Shown one piece after another: positions 62,790-64,000 of a stretch of 64,000 bases of DNA. Numbering within the stretch: position 1 is the stretch's first letter; each line of letters begins with the position of its first letter. Position numbers and translations under genes: made by a program. The stretch comes from Trichormus sp. ATA11-4-KO1 (GTDB lineage Bacteria > Cyanobacteriota > Cyanobacteriia > Cyanobacteriales > Nostocaceae), in assembly GCA_019358915.1 (NCBI GenBank), contig JAHHIM010000023.1, positions 1 to 64,000 on the forward strand. The letters are read 5' to 3'. Under the pieces are notes generated by a model. The model worked only from the letters and a program-made list of their open reading frames with translations. It had not been told where the DNA came from and made no database searches.

Positions 62790-64000
62790 ATGGTAGCGCT
62801 CACCGAAAGAACTGAAAAACGGCTCACCATAGAGACTGTGGAAATTGCTCAAGAAACTATGGCAATACGATCTCTAGACTGGGATCGCGATCGCTTTGAT
62901 ATTGAGTTTGGTCTGCAAAACGGTACCACCTATAACTCCTTTCTGATTCGCGGTGAACAAACTGCCTTAGTTGACACCTCCCACGAAAAATTCCGCAAAT
63001 TATATTTTGATACCCTCACCGGATTAATCAATCCCCCAGAAATTGATTATCTAATTATCAGCCACACCGAGCCAGACCATAGCGGCTTAGTTAAAGATTT
63101 GCTGCAAATGGCTCCAGATATCACAGTTGTGGGTTCTAAAGTCGCAATTCAGTTTCTGGAAAATTTCGTTCATCAGCCATTTAAACGGCAAATTGTCAAA
63201 AACGGCGATCGCTTAGATTTAGGCAACGGTCACGAATTTGAATTTGTCATTGCTCCTAATTTACACTGGCCTGACACCATTTTCAGCTTCGACCACAAAA
63301 CCAAAATTCTTTACACCTGTGATGCTTTTGGACTGCATTATTGTTCAGATAGCACCTTCGACGAAGACTTAGCAGCTATTGAAGCGGATTTTCAATATTA
63401 TTATGACTGCTTAATGGGGCCAAATGCGCGTTCAGTACTGTCTGCCCTCAAGCGCATGGGGGAACTGAAAACCATCGAGATGATTGCCACTGGTCACGGC
63501 CCCTTATTATCCCACAATGTCGAGGAACTAACAGGACGTTACCGCACTTGGAGCCAGACCCAAACCAAAGCCGAAAACGCCGTAGGCATATTTTACGTTT
63601 CCGAATATGGCTATAGCGATCGCCTAGCTCAAGCAATTGCCAATGGTATCAGCAAAACTGGCGTGGCTGTGGAAATAGTGGATTTAGGATCAGGAGTTGA
63701 TTTACAAGAACTGCGAGAACTAGTTAGCCGTTGTACGGGAATTGTCGTAGGTACGCCTCCTGTGGGTGCTACCGCGACTACCCAAGCTGCTCTCAGCACT
63801 GTTTTAGGATCTGCCAAAGAAAAACAAGCCATAGGCATATTTGAAACAGGCGGTGGAGATGATGAACCGATAGATCCTTTATTGAGTAAATTCCGAAATT
63901 TGGGTTTAGTAACAGCTTTCCCAGCGATTCGGATTAAACAAACGCCCACAGAAAACACCTACAAATTGTGTGAAGAAGCGGGTACAGACTTGGGACAATG
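62790..64000 (+). CDS. flv3: Flavodiiron (diflavin flavo)protein, Flv3-type; cut by the window end
   Basis: Hand translation MVALTERTEKRLTIETVEIA..SLDWDRDRFDIEFGLQNGTTYNS, SHTEPDH, LHWPD, CDAFG, GHGP, then a flavodoxin domain; SD AGGAGG; no stop in the window. Confidence 0.85.
   Translation, partial: MVALTERTEKRLTIETVEIAQETMAIRSLDWDRDRFDIEFGLQNGTTYNSFLIRGEQTALVDTSHEKFRKLYFDTLTGLINPPEIDYLIISHTEPDHSGLVKDLLQMAPDITVVGSKVAIQFLENFVHQPFKRQIVKNGDRLDLGNGHEFEFVIAPNLHWPDTIFSFDHKTKILYTCDAFGLHYCSDSTFDEDLAAIEADFQYYYDCLMGPNARSVLSALKRMGELKTIEMIATGHGPLLSHNVEELTGRYRTWSQTQTKAENAVGIFYVSEYGYSDRLAQAIANGISKTGVAVEIVDLGSGVDLQELRELVSRCTGIVVGTPPVGATATTQAALSTVLGSAKEKQAIGIFETGGGDDEPIDPLLSKFRNLGLVTAFPAIRIKQTPTENTYKLCEEAGTDLGQ

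Noticed and set aside
1333..63958. Many short antisense or alternative-frame ORFs inside long genes (e.g. 1333-1653, 23157-23492, 34405-34779, 50137-50457, 63629-63958)
   Set aside because: Shadows of well-supported genes on the other strand or frame

Overview
Chromosomal window of a filamentous, probably heterocyst-forming (Nostocales-type) cyanobacterium. Evidence: abundant HIP1 octamers (GCGATCGC), short tandem heptamer/octamer repeats and small dispersed repeats, and the genes cphBA, nblB, bicA and crtD. Positions 1-124 look like the end of a transposon whose body lies left of the window (terminal TGT on the minus strand plus three repeated sites). 635-11003 is a co-oriented accessory block with two parts. 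The first is a dynamin/SrfC-like GTPase, an 1134-aa Hsp70/SrfB-like ATPase and a 372-aa protein with a possible GrpE-like C-terminus. The second is an AT-rich cassette with no HIP1 seen: a TcmP-like methyltransferase-fold protein, a DUF5131 three-Cys protein and an orphan DNA adenine methylase. The rest is mostly core genome: ybjN-like, lipoate ligase, crtD, a bicA-nhaS3-mnh operon with a CcmR-type box, M16 peptidase, a PEP-CTERM protein with a candidate structured leader, nblB-CBS-mutT-DUF760-sigD-carB-dps, a ParDE toxin-antitoxin pair, ridA, malQ, cdsA, cbiT, a Ser/Thr kinase, tatA, cphBA, trmD-ispF, a peptide ABC binding protein, larB, argH, coaX and a flavodiiron gene cut by the window end. 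There is also a patch of gene fragments at about 15.9-16.8 kb and many small mobile repeats, some inserted in frame in housekeeping genes. No rRNA, tRNA or CRISPR array was seen. All assignments come from motif recognition by eye; no searches were run.
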